From the NCBI GenBank assembly GCA_965215365.1, contig CBDCDS010000003.1, positions 1,888,001-1,952,000 of the forward strand: a stretch of DNA of 64,000 nucleotides, in the 5' to 3' direction. The translations under genes were made by a program, and so were the position numbers. Of the stretch, positions 9,981 to 19,235 are shown piece by piece. The stretch is from Gammaproteobacteria bacterium (GTDB lineage Bacteria; Pseudomonadota; Gammaproteobacteria; Eutrophobiales; Eutrophobiaceae). How positions within the stretch are numbered: the first letter of the stretch is position 1; each line of letters begins with the position of its first letter. The notes beneath the pieces are model-generated. The model made no database searches, was not told the DNA's origin, and worked only from the letters and a program-made list of their open reading frames with translations.

Positions 9981-10580
9981 ATGGTGAGAAGAAAAACAAT
10001 CAATGTAACGGGAATAGAAAGATTGGAAGGCATCCCTTACCATGATGCTTGGGCAGCATATACATGCGTTAACTGTCGGAAAATAAATTATGTCCGGATT
10101 GGGCAGAAATTACTGATGCCCAAAAAAGCTGTTGAGAATTGTGTCTGGGAGTGTGAGCACTGCCATTTCAGTCACAGCAAAGAGTCTGAATTACCATTTG
10201 AAAATTGGGAGGATGAATACAATGCCTCCGGGTCTGTGACTGCTATCAGGTTTTGGGAGGGTTTTTTTCGCACGGCAACAGAGCACCCGGAGTCATATGC
10301 TAACGAGAATAAGCGTGATAAGTGGCCAAGCCAATTTTATACGAATAACGAATTGATTGATTTGGCAAAGATCACCGGTGCATAGCTCGAATTGATATCA
10401 AGCAAGCATCCCATTAGAAACCATGACATTGACATCAATAAAGGGGTTGAAAGGTTTTTACAGGTGCGTGAGGAATCCGATTTGCCAAAACGGATACAAG
10501 AAATCAAAAAAATACTTCAACATTACGGACTGATAAGTCATCTTTCGCCTGAAAATAAGAAACTGTTGAATTTGAATTAA
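9981..10580 (+). pseudogene. Probable Zn-binding/HNH-type restriction endonuclease, disrupted
   Basis: Two ORFs in the same frame separated by one TAG (10383-10385); CxxC pairs and an ANENKRDK HNH-tail-like motif; convergent with a DNA MTase; low GC. Confidence 0.6.
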
Positions 10581-13231
10581 ACCAACACCAGATACTGGTG
10601 GGATGTCACTGTTCCCTTGTCGCGTATTCCGTGTGATTCGCAGTGAGCAACATTTTCGTCGAATAAATCAGCTGTACGAAACCACCTCCTGCTCACTTTC
10701 TTCAATTCCGATGCCATGTCACACTTAACGCTTTTCCCAAGATGAAATACGCAAACCCCATCTCTCTTTAAGCGTTCTCGGGCTTGCTGGAATATGGTTT
10801 TATAAACGGCGAAGTCTTTTTTCTGTTTTTCTTCAATAAAAGAATTGACTTGATATCTAAAATCATCCTCCGACCAACCTGTGAACCATATTCTAAGCCA
10901 ATTTGCTAAATAAAAACGTGTGCTTCCAAAGAAAGGCGGCGAGGTGACCACAGCATCTACATCGTTGATTTCCCGTGGCCAAACAGCAGTCGTGTCCTGG
11001 TTAAAAATTTTCCCGGGAGTAAAATTGATCGGCAACTCCTTATCCAGCGATCTGTTGACTTTAGCAGTGAGATTTTTGATTAAATCCTTGTATATAAATT
11101 CTCCGTGCGGGGCGTAAGGCACGATCGGATGTGACTGCCTGCTTAACGCATAAGGGCGATTGCCATGCAGGATGTGTAAAAGAGCAGATATAACCAGCAT
11201 TTCGCTGGAGTTTTTCGGATAATTCTCCTTAAAAAATCGCCTTGCAAGTATAATTTCCCTAAGTGTTTTGTCCTCGTAGTATTCTGACAGGGTTTTGTTG
11301 AATCCAAATTTTTTTGCTTCACTTACTTCGCATTCTGAACACTGGTTATATTGGATAAAGCAGCGAAGTCGTTTTATGTAGTTAAAACAGGCATCTCTGG
11401 TGTGTATGGAAACTTTAGCTGATGAGATGTAATAGGCAGGAGCGCTGATATCAATGCCATAGGATTTCGTGCCATTCAGTGCTGCCTCAAACGGTATTGT
11501 TCCTACGCCGCAGAAAGGGTCTAAAACCTTGCCGCCATCAGGGATAAATGTTTTGACCAGGTGATGGGCAATCGCCGGTTTCAGTTTACCTTGATAAGAA
11601 CAGAGTGAGTGCAGGCCATGCCCCCAATTTCTTTTGGAGTACGGAAGTTCTTGATGAGGCAGTCTGTTTTTAAAATCCTGCCACACTTCAGCTTGAAAAA
11701 AAGTGTTGCTACTGCGCTTTCTTTTATCTGTCGGCTTGTTACGTTCAAATACCAGTAAACTCTGGCTGAGTACTTGTTTATTTCTGGACCGGCGTCGGCG
11801 CAACAGCTTCTTTTCCAAGAAGGTATACTCTGACTTTCGCAGTATCTCTGTCAATATTTCATCAGTGGCAATGTGAACTCCGGCAAAGATAGAATCACCA
11901 ATGTCAACCAGTACCTTTGACTGATCCGTCAGATGAGTGGCGAGTTTCAAAAAAACGTCATCCATATCTTCAAAATAGTTACGGGCCATTTCTGGTATAC
12001 GTTGGTCATAGGCGTGCTTGTCGAGCAACAAAAGAGTATTTTTGAGTAGTTCGCTCTTGTTTATTGTTTCATTCTTATTATCTGACACACTTTTTAGCTT
12101 AACGTCATTAATGCCACTCGTTAAAGCTTGATCCCGAAAGTGCCTCAGATCATTCTTGAACTGGATGTAGCGCAAAAACCAAAGCTCAAGTTTGGTGTTA
12201 CGGAAGTAATTTGTACCGTTCAGGTATGGTGGGCTTGTAATGACTGCATCAATTACAAGATCATTTGCAAGATCAATATTTTTAGCATTAGCCACCACGA
12301 ACTCGGGAGCGAGAGCCAGAGCGTAGTCCATTCTCATAATGTCTTCTGCCATTTCAATTAACTTGGCGGGGAGAAACTCACTCAGTTCTGTGTGCTCTTT
12401 TTCCAGTTCCTTTTTCGTTTTGAATCGAACATCACCGGCTTTTTTCAAACGAGAAACAGGAATTAAGCCAGACAAAACTGCAACCGTTATAGCGTCAGCC
12501 AAGAACCTGTTTTTCAGCTTTATTGCGTCTATGTAAGAACGGAGGCGGAGTATGTCAAGATAGACCCTTTCATCGAAATAGATGCTGTTGCCGAATAAAG
12601 CGTGGTAGCTTTGCCGGAGGCGCTTGTCTTCTTCAAAAGATTTGATGCTGGAAAAAATTTGACCAGCAACCTGCCGTAACTGAGCAGCGAGCCTCTGTCG
12701 AACGGGCCCGTCAGAGTGCAGTATTGACAATTTGGCTTGTATCAGAAATTGCAGGAGAGGGTTAACTTCCGAATAAATCGTCTTTATCCCGAGCGGGGCT
12801 GCTGCAAAGATGGTTGTGCCGGTACCAACAAACGGGTCATAAATTGTTTTACAGCTTTCAAGTGAGTAATTTGTGATTAATGCTTTGATATAGTCAGGCG
12901 AATAACCCTCAATATAGGGATACCATCTCTGAAAGGGAACAATTTTACTTCCGGTAAAAGTTATATCCCGTGACCTTATCTTTTCAATGCCGTTAATGTG
13001 CTTCTTGATGAGTCTTTTGGCAACCTGGTTGACAGAGCGTTCTTCTTTTCGAGCAAACAGCTCCAATTGTTTGTAGCTGTTTATGCCGATGATTTCCCTG
13101 ATTTCCTCACTACTGAACCCCTTTACCTTGCCGTAGTAGGGCGCTTCGGGCTCGCTGAAAGCAAGCGTGATAGCTTTTCCGCCTGTGGGGTAATCACTGA
13201 AATAGAGTGATTTGAAGTATTGTTTTGCCAT
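10577..13231 (-). CDS. DNA amino-methyltransferase (probably N4-cytosine) with two fused catalytic domains
   Basis: Two sets of motif I (YDPFVGTGT; LDPFCGVGT) and motif IV (ITSPPY; VTSPPF). Confidence 0.88.
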   Translation of the reverse strand: MAKQYFKSLYFSDYPTGGKAITLAFSEPEAPYYGKVKGFSSEEIREIIGINSYKQLELFARKEERSVNQVAKRLIKKHINGIEKIRSRDITFTGSKIVPFQRWYPYIEGYSPDYIKALITNYSLESCKTIYDPFVGTGTTIFAAAPLGIKTIYSEVNPLLQFLIQAKLSILHSDGPVRQRLAAQLRQVAGQIFSSIKSFEEDKRLRQSYHALFGNSIYFDERVYLDILRLRSYIDAIKLKNRFLADAITVAVLSGLIPVSRLKKAGDVRFKTKKELEKEHTELSEFLPAKLIEMAEDIMRMDYALALAPEFVVANAKNIDLANDLVIDAVITSPPYLNGTNYFRNTKLELWFLRYIQFKNDLRHFRDQALTSGINDVKLKSVSDNKNETINKSELLKNTLLLLDKHAYDQRIPEMARNYFEDMDDVFLKLATHLTDQSKVLVDIGDSIFAGVHIATDEILTEILRKSEYTFLEKKLLRRRRSRNKQVLSQSLLVFERNKPTDKRKRSSNTFFQAEVWQDFKNRLPHQELPYSKRNWGHGLHSLCSYQGKLKPAIAHHLVKTFIPDGGKVLDPFCGVGTIPFEAALNGTKSYGIDISAPAYYISSAKVSIHTRDACFNYIKRLRCFIQYNQCSECEVSEAKKFGFNKTLSEYYEDKTLREIILARRFFKENYPKNSSEMLVISALLHILHGNRPYALSRQSHPIVPYAPHGEFIYKDLIKNLTAKVNRSLDKELPINFTPGKIFNQDTTAVWPREINDVDAVVTSPPFFGSTRFYLANWLRIWFTGWSEDDFRYQVNSFIEEKQKKDFAVYKTIFQQARERLKRDGVCVFHLGKSVKCDMASELKKVSRRWFRTADLFDENVAHCESHGIRDKGTVTSHQYLVLV

Positions 13232-13375
13232 AACTATGGCAAAAATACCATAATATGATGGTTACTTCTAATTTTTATTTATGTGCGCGATCCAACGATA
13301 AAGGTGTTTTACGAATAAGACCCATGACCAATAAAAAATATAGCATCCGGAAGATAGTTCGGTGTGGGTGTAGAA

Positions 13376-14626
13376 TTAACCTCCCCATACAACAAGCCCC
13401 GAATAAAAAATAGCAAACAGCGTCAGCGCCCAGACACAGGCGGCACTGTAGCGGCTCAGTGCCGGTGCGGGTCTGGCGGTCGCGGGCACGTCATCCGAGT
13501 GCATGGCGCGGTGGATGAGCCAGGCCAGCACCGGCGCGGTGAGGAAGGCCAGGGTGCTGGCGATATCGATCAGGGTTTTGAAGGATTGGATGAAGAACAT
13601 CAGGATGGACAGGGATATCAGCACCATTATCAGAATTGTGGCAAGGTAGATTCTGAAATGCTGCTGCGGCGACAACTTCCGCTCCCGGAAGCATTCCACC
13701 AGCGCGCAGACATTGCGCGGGTAGCCATCGTGCAGCACCAGCACCGTGGACAGCATCACCGCAAACGCAGCCAGCGCGATGAGTGGCTCGGTCCACTTCC
13801 CCAGCAGGGAGGTGTAAATGCTGATGAGCTGGGCGGAAAATTCGGCGGGAGAGGGAGAGAACTGCTGGCCGGAACCGTGCATAACTGCGGCACCCAGCAT
13901 GAGGAAGCAGATTGCGGTGAACAGCGTTGAGAAATACCCTACGTGGTAATCCAGTTTGACTTCGCGGCGGGATAACTGGTGTTGTTTATCTTTTTCCAGC
14001 ACCCATAACGACTGCCAGATACAGGTTTCGAACGGCGCCGGCATAAAGCCGATCAAGGCCGCCAGGAACAGCAGGGATGAGCGGTTCAGCACCTCCGGCG
14101 TGAAGATGTCAGCCTGCTGCCATTCCAGCAGCGGCAGGGCCAGCGTAGTGGCGACCAGGGTGGAGACGAACAGTATCAGGAGTAATACCTTGGTGACCCG
14201 GTCCAGCCATCGGTACTGGCCGAACACCAGGCAGGCGCCAGAAACGATACAGACACCGGCGGCCACGGCGCCGAGCGGCAGCTCCAGGCCGAAACTGATC
14301 ACGGCCAGCCCGGATGTGACCAGCACCACCGCCGCAAACCCCGTAAACATCACGCACAGCACTACCAGGGTGCACAATACTATGGCCCAGAGTCCCTGTT
14401 TGCGAAAACCGATCAACAGGTGCTGGCCGGTGGCATGGGCGTACTCATGGCCGAAACGGAACGTCGGGTATTTCAACACGAACGCGAGCAGAATGAACAG
14501 CAACAGGTCTATCCCGTACAAGGCGCCGGCGCGGGTCGCCTGCACCAGGTGTGAGACGCCGATGGCCGCGGCGGCCATGAGCAGGCCGGGGCCGAGGATG
14601 GTGAACAACCGGTAATAGTGTTTCAT
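13376..14626 (-). CDS. NRAMP-like divalent metal cation transporter
   Basis: LGPGLLMAAAAIGVSHLVQATRAGA N-terminal signature; about 11 TM segments. Start ATG 14626. Confidence 0.85.
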   Translation of the reverse strand: MKHYYRLFTILGPGLLMAAAAIGVSHLVQATRAGALYGIDLLLFILLAFVLKYPTFRFGHEYAHATGQHLLIGFRKQGLWAIVLCTLVVLCVMFTGFAAVVLVTSGLAVISFGLELPLGAVAAGVCIVSGACLVFGQYRWLDRVTKVLLLILFVSTLVATTLALPLLEWQQADIFTPEVLNRSSLLFLAALIGFMPAPFETCIWQSLWVLEKDKQHQLSRREVKLDYHVGYFSTLFTAICFLMLGAAVMHGSGQQFSPSPAEFSAQLISIYTSLLGKWTEPLIALAAFAVMLSTVLVLHDGYPRNVCALVECFRERKLSPQQHFRIYLATILIMVLISLSILMFFIQSFKTLIDIASTLAFLTAPVLAWLIHRAMHSDDVPATARPAPALSRYSAACVWALTLFAIFYSGLVVWGG

Positions 14627-14765
14627 GCCGCTTGGTATTCCTTCTGATTGCCCCCTGATTTTACTGTAATTTTGCTGACATTGCGCTTGCCCAATTCCGC
14701 ATTGTTTCAGCGTTATACCGGCACCAACGCGGTTAACCACTTGCCCGAAGCGCGGCGGATGATTT

Positions 14766-14867
14766 TTAATCTTCAATTCCCACAATTACCAGCGGCACTG
14801 CCGGCACCCCACGTCCCTGCCTAATAACATTGTACAGCTCTCCTTCGTAGTAAGACACGCCGGAGCT
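14766..14867 (-). pseudogene. 3' remnant of a BglII/BstYI-family restriction endonuclease
   Basis: Translates SSGVSYYEGELYNVIRQGRGVPAVPLVIVGIED*, cut exactly at the IS1634 end; family recognised from memory of this C-terminal motif. Confidence 0.6.
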
Positions 14868-15468
14868 CCCGACTTCGACGGTTTATTTCTCTAACTGATT
14901 GATTTTATTGAAGGCGCGTTGACCCGTAGGCACTACAATTGCCTTGTTTCGGCGTTCTCAGGGGCGGGCTATTTGAGCTCGTAGGGGGTGGTGGAGTGAC
15001 TCAATCCCATGATTTTGTAGAGGCGCCGGGCGGTTTCACTGATGGCGGAGGGAATCACGTAGCGGCGGTGTGTCTGTTGATGTGTCAGGACACTGTGCTG
15101 CACATGGGCCAGCGCGTTGCGGATGACTTCGGGGGAGACCGGCTTGGCTTGCAGGGTCATGCGGTATTGCAGGTGTCGGACACAGAGCAGGGACATAAAG
15201 GCGATGGCGATGTGGGCTTCGATGCGTCGGGGGGTCCAGTGGTAGATGGGTCTTATCTTGAGATCGTGCTTACTTACCCGGAAGGTATCTTCGACCTGCC
15301 ACAGGCCGCGATACTGGCTTAAGATGGCGGGGGCGGTGGTAGATGTTGGCAGGTTGGTGATAACCCCGTGCAGGCCGTCCCAGCGTTGTGCTTGGGCAAT
15401 TTTATCGGGGTTGACGCTGAGGGTACTGTTGCCGTCTACCTTGAGGTATTTCTTATAACCGTAGGTAA

Positions 15469-16992
15469 CTACTCGCCCCCCTTACCCTGATCTCTTGTTC
15501 TGATCTGGTTTTTCTTAACCGTTTTATTTTTGAGCGGTTTTTCCACCATGGTGGCGGCGTCTCCCTTGAGTGCTATCTCGATGGCGGCGAGGGGATTGTA
15601 GCCCTTCAGGGTCATAGACTGCAAGTAGCTGGAGATGCGGCAGTAGGTGTCGGCGTAGGCGGTGGTTCGGAAGCAGCCGGAGACTTTTTGTTTGACTTTA
15701 GCCATACGGATATCGCGTTCGGCGCGGTTGTTGGTGAACGGCACGTTGGGGTCGCGGGCGAAGCGGAGGACTTCGGTTTCGTACTTGACGAGGGCATCAT
15801 GGAGGTTTTGTGCCTCACATTGGGCAATCCGTCCGCGTTGGCCGGTGAGCCGTTTCGGGGGTGTGGGGAGTTCCCGTTTGGCTTGTGTCAGGATAGTCCG
15901 GTAGCGGGTGCGCAGGGACTGGTAGTCGGTCTCGCTGAGTGCCTTGTTTTTATGTGTGCGCACCTGTCGGCAGGTCTTGAGCAGGAGGCGGCTCATACGT
16001 TGGGCCCAGGCATGGCCGTGGGCGTCCTCGATAAAGGCCAAGTTACGCAACAGGTGACTGCCGCACAGGGCATGCTCGCAGTTGTCATAGGCGAAGTAGC
16101 TGGCCCAGCGGTCGTGCACGAGAACACCGCCGTAGCGGGGGACGATGCCGATGTCCTTGAGGGCGTCCCCGCCCCGCTTGCGGTGGCAGTGTTTCAGTAC
16201 CAGGTTCCCGGCACTGGTGCTGTGCAGCCAGTGTTGTGTGCGGTCGATGCGCAAGGAGGTCTCATCGGCGTGCAGCACGGGCTCTGTGAGCAGGCGGGCG
16301 ATAGCCGCCCGCTCCCACCCGGCCAGGGCCTCATGCACCCGCGTGAGCCAGGCCAGTAAGGTCGCCTCGGCGACGGCGCGCCCGGTCAGTGCATGAAGTG
16401 TCTGCGCCGTACGTTTGAGCGAGAGCATTTGGGCCGTTAACAGGTGCGTGGCGAAAGCCACGATGCCAGGGCCGTATTGTAAAGGCCCCGGCATGTCATC
16501 GGGAAACGCCCCGTGGGTCTCAGTGCCACAGCGCGGACAGGTTTTTATCTCGGCGTCAATGGTCAACTCGGTCGTCTCGAAGACTATATCGACCTTGACT
16601 CGTCGCACATGGCCGGTGGGGGCGGTGCCTTTGAGATCATGCCCGCAGGCCCGGCAGCCGGTCACGGGCACCGTGCGGGTCTGAGCCACCACGCGCCGGG
16701 ACGCGCTGGGCACCGTCCCGGTCTGCGGCCCCTTGCCCTGCTTGCCGGGCCGTGTGCGCGCACTGTCATCGGGGTCGGTGCGGGAACTGGGCAGGCTGGA
16801 GTTGTGCGCCCCCTTCGGTGTGGTCTTCTCTAAGAACACCGCCAGCAGCAACTCGAATAGCAGCAACATCGACTCGAACAGCGCACGCCCTTCGGGACTC
16901 AGCGCGCCGTCGGCGCACAACGCCTTAAAACGCATTCGGATGGCCTCGAACTCCGCACGCAATGAGGCCTTGTTCACCGTGGCCATGTGCAC
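15469..16992 (-). CDS. IS66-family transposase
   Basis: NSSLPSS, Zn-finger CRAC/CPRC, LHADETS, LVHDRW, CGSHLLR, PFTNNRAERDIRMAKVKQKVSGCFR. Confidence 0.95.
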   Translation of the reverse strand: MHMATVNKASLRAEFEAIRMRFKALCADGALSPEGRALFESMLLLFELLLAVFLEKTTPKGAHNSSLPSSRTDPDDSARTRPGKQGKGPQTGTVPSASRRVVAQTRTVPVTGCRACGHDLKGTAPTGHVRRVKVDIVFETTELTIDAEIKTCPRCGTETHGAFPDDMPGPLQYGPGIVAFATHLLTAQMLSLKRTAQTLHALTGRAVAEATLLAWLTRVHEALAGWERAAIARLLTEPVLHADETSLRIDRTQHWLHSTSAGNLVLKHCHRKRGGDALKDIGIVPRYGGVLVHDRWASYFAYDNCEHALCGSHLLRNLAFIEDAHGHAWAQRMSRLLLKTCRQVRTHKNKALSETDYQSLRTRYRTILTQAKRELPTPPKRLTGQRGRIAQCEAQNLHDALVKYETEVLRFARDPNVPFTNNRAERDIRMAKVKQKVSGCFRTTAYADTYCRISSYLQSMTLKGYNPLAAIEIALKGDAATMVEKPLKNKTVKKNQIRTRDQGKGGE

Positions 16993-17654
16993 TGTGCCTC
17001 CACCGCCATCATCGCCGCCAGCACCGCCAGCCGCTCGGCCGGGGGCAAGTCACGATAACGCCGCCCCCAGTTCTCAGCCTTGCGCTTGACCTGCTGGCGG
17101 TGCGTGAAGTTGCGCCCCGCATAGCGCACCCAGTGCACCCGGTCCGGCACAAAATTGAACCAGACCCGCTCGGTCACCACCCCGCCCTGATTCATCACCT
17201 GCAAGGACACACTGCGCCAGCCCGCCAGCACCTCATCATACAAGGCCGAAGGATACCCCGACACCATCACCGCACAGGGCAGCCCCTGCAGTAACGCCAG
17301 CAGCGCCTCATGGTCTGAGTCCTCGTAGTCATACCGGTAACGGTGCCGTGACTTGCGCGTGCTGTGCAGGTAGGGCGGGTCGCTGTACACCAACTCCGTG
17401 CCGTCAAACGGAAAAGTCGCCAACCAGCGGTGACAACACCCCTGCACCAACTCCACCGGATACCCACACGTAAACCCCGCCAACGCCCGCACATCAAGAT
17501 CAATCCCAATGTTGCGCAACGCCGCCGGCTTGCGCTGCATAATCGCCCCGCCGCCTAAGTGTGTCTCAATGTACACACTGTGCGGCGGCATCATCGCAAT
17601 GAGCGGCTGGCACAGACCCGTCGTGGCTTTCGACCCTCGGTACGCATTCCCCAT
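16974..17654 (-). CDS. DNA adenine methyltransferase (Dam/D12-like), IS66 passenger
   Basis: YRGSK, YIETHLGGGAIM (motif I), YSDPPY (motif IV), VMVSGY. Confidence 0.85.
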   Translation of the reverse strand: MGNAYRGSKATTGLCQPLIAMMPPHSVYIETHLGGGAIMQRKPAALRNIGIDLDVRALAGFTCGYPVELVQGCCHRWLATFPFDGTELVYSDPPYLHSTRKSRHRYRYDYEDSDHEALLALLQGLPCAVMVSGYPSALYDEVLAGWRSVSLQVMNQGGVVTERVWFNFVPDRVHWVRYAGRNFTHRQQVKRKAENWGRRYRDLPPAERLAVLAAMMAVEAQCTWPR

Positions 17655-19048
17655 GACGACCAACATAACGCCATGACGCTATGTTGTCAAGGACGCCTTG
17701 ACAAAAAATTCAGTAGAATTAGAGGGAGGGGGCGAGTAGTTACAACCGTAGTTGTTGAGCAGGTCTTTGGGGTTTTGGCTTTTGGCCAGTTTCTCACGGA
17801 GCTTGGCGATGGCCTGGTCGCGGTCATGCCGGTCTTTCCCGGCACGCACTGGGGAGTAGCCCACCACCAGACGGCGGGAGTCGTGGGGTAGGTCCGCCAC
17901 CCGCAGTCCGTCGCTATCTGTCAGGGTCTCATAGCGGTCTTCATCGAGCACTTGGGTTTGCAGGGCGTGCGGCAGGGACTTGAGTCGGGCACCGACGATG
18001 TAGTGCAGGCCGGCGTCCTCTAAGGCGCTGAGGTTATCCCTGCTCAGCAGCCCCCGGTCGGCAACGACCACGGCGTTGTCGGCCTGACAGTCGGTTTGTA
18101 AGGCTTTGACCACCGGGATGAGGCTGTGTCCCTCGAAGGTGGCGCCGGGCAGCACGGTGTAGCGCACGGGCAGGCCGGTGTCGGTGACGGCCAGGGCCAG
18201 CAGCACCTGGCATTCTTTGAACTTGGCGTCTTTGCTGTAGCCGGGTTGTTTGAGCTCATCGTCGGTGAATGATTCAAAGTACAAGGTGGTGCAATCGAAG
18301 AACAGCACGCGTAGCGGCCCGCCGAGCAGCGCCCGGGCTTGGGTCTCGGCCAGGGTATTGAGGCGTTCGATACAGGCCGCATCGAGCAAGTCCATCATGC
18401 GGTAGATTTGGGGCAGGGACACTTGCACGCCGAAGTCGGCTGTCAGGGCGCGCACACTGGCCCGTTTGCTGTCCGGGTTGGCTAGGCGCGCCATCACCGT
18501 ATGGAACAGCGCTTTGTGCGAGGCCCGGTAGCGCCAGGCTGGCAGCAGCCGGGACAGCCCTAAGTCCTCGTACACGGCGCCGTACACCGCATGGATGCCG
18601 CTGATGACACGCTGGGTTTCCCGCAGGGCTTTGAGCTCGACTTTCAGCGGTGAGTCGTCCTGCCGGGCGCGGGCGGCGCTGAGTTGCTCGGCGACATCTT
18701 CGGGCGGGAACAGCTCGGGCTGGGTCTCGGCCTGAAGTTTGGCTTTGACCACTTCGGCTAAGTCTTTGAGCCGGACGAGCTCGTCTTCATCGAAGGCAAT
18801 ACCGATATGGCGCACAATGCGCTGGCGCACGGCCTTGCCGTCACGCACTGACTCGACGAGTTGTACGGATTGACGCGGGCTGTTGGGGGTGGTTTTGACG
18901 CGCACGAACATAGCCCGGAGGATACCACGCGCCGCCCACAATGTCAAGCTACAAATATCAACTAGGCACTACAACTGCCTGCTCCAAAACACGTTTTGAT
19001 TTACAAGAGATTTTCAGATAAAGTAAGCACCAGACCGTCGAAGTCGGG

Positions 19049-19235
19049 AAGAAATTGTACGTAGTCTCCGCACCTCCCAATGCGCCGGCACCTCCCCCAG
19101 CCACTCAACCCCGGAGGGCTTGAGGCGAACATTCGGGTCGAGCCCCCGGGTTACTGCACGCTGGATGAAGGCTTGTCGCTGTTCCTCGCTGGAAGGCTTG
19201 TAGGCGGTGTAGAGAGTTGGCTTCAAAGTTTTCAA
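19049..19235 (-). pseudogene. hsdS: Type I R-M specificity subunit (HsdS) remnant
   Basis: QAFIQRAVTRGLDPNVRLKPSGVEWLGEVPAHWEVRRL conserved HsdS spacer; no TRD1; cut by the IS1634 end. Confidence 0.8.

Larger units (their letters stand above)
15465..17743 (-). mobile_element. IS66-family element (single-transposase type) carrying a DNA methylase, copy 1, 2279 bp
   Basis: Terminal IR GTAACTACTCGCCCCC at both ends; 8-bp target duplication AACCGTAG (15457-15464 / 17744-17751). Confidence 0.95.
14969..18911 (-). pseudogene. IS1634 transposase split by IS66 insertion
   Basis: 5' part 17744-18911 and 3' part 14969-15464 together match the intact transposase at 30811-32466. Confidence 0.9.
14868..19048 (-). 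mobile_element. IS1634-family element, copy 1, interrupted by IS66
   Basis: Terminal IRs CCCGACTTCGACGG at 14868 and CCGTCGAAGTCGGG ending 19048; near-identical to 30674-32567; flanks (GAGCT / AAGAA) are not duplicated. Confidence 0.93.
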
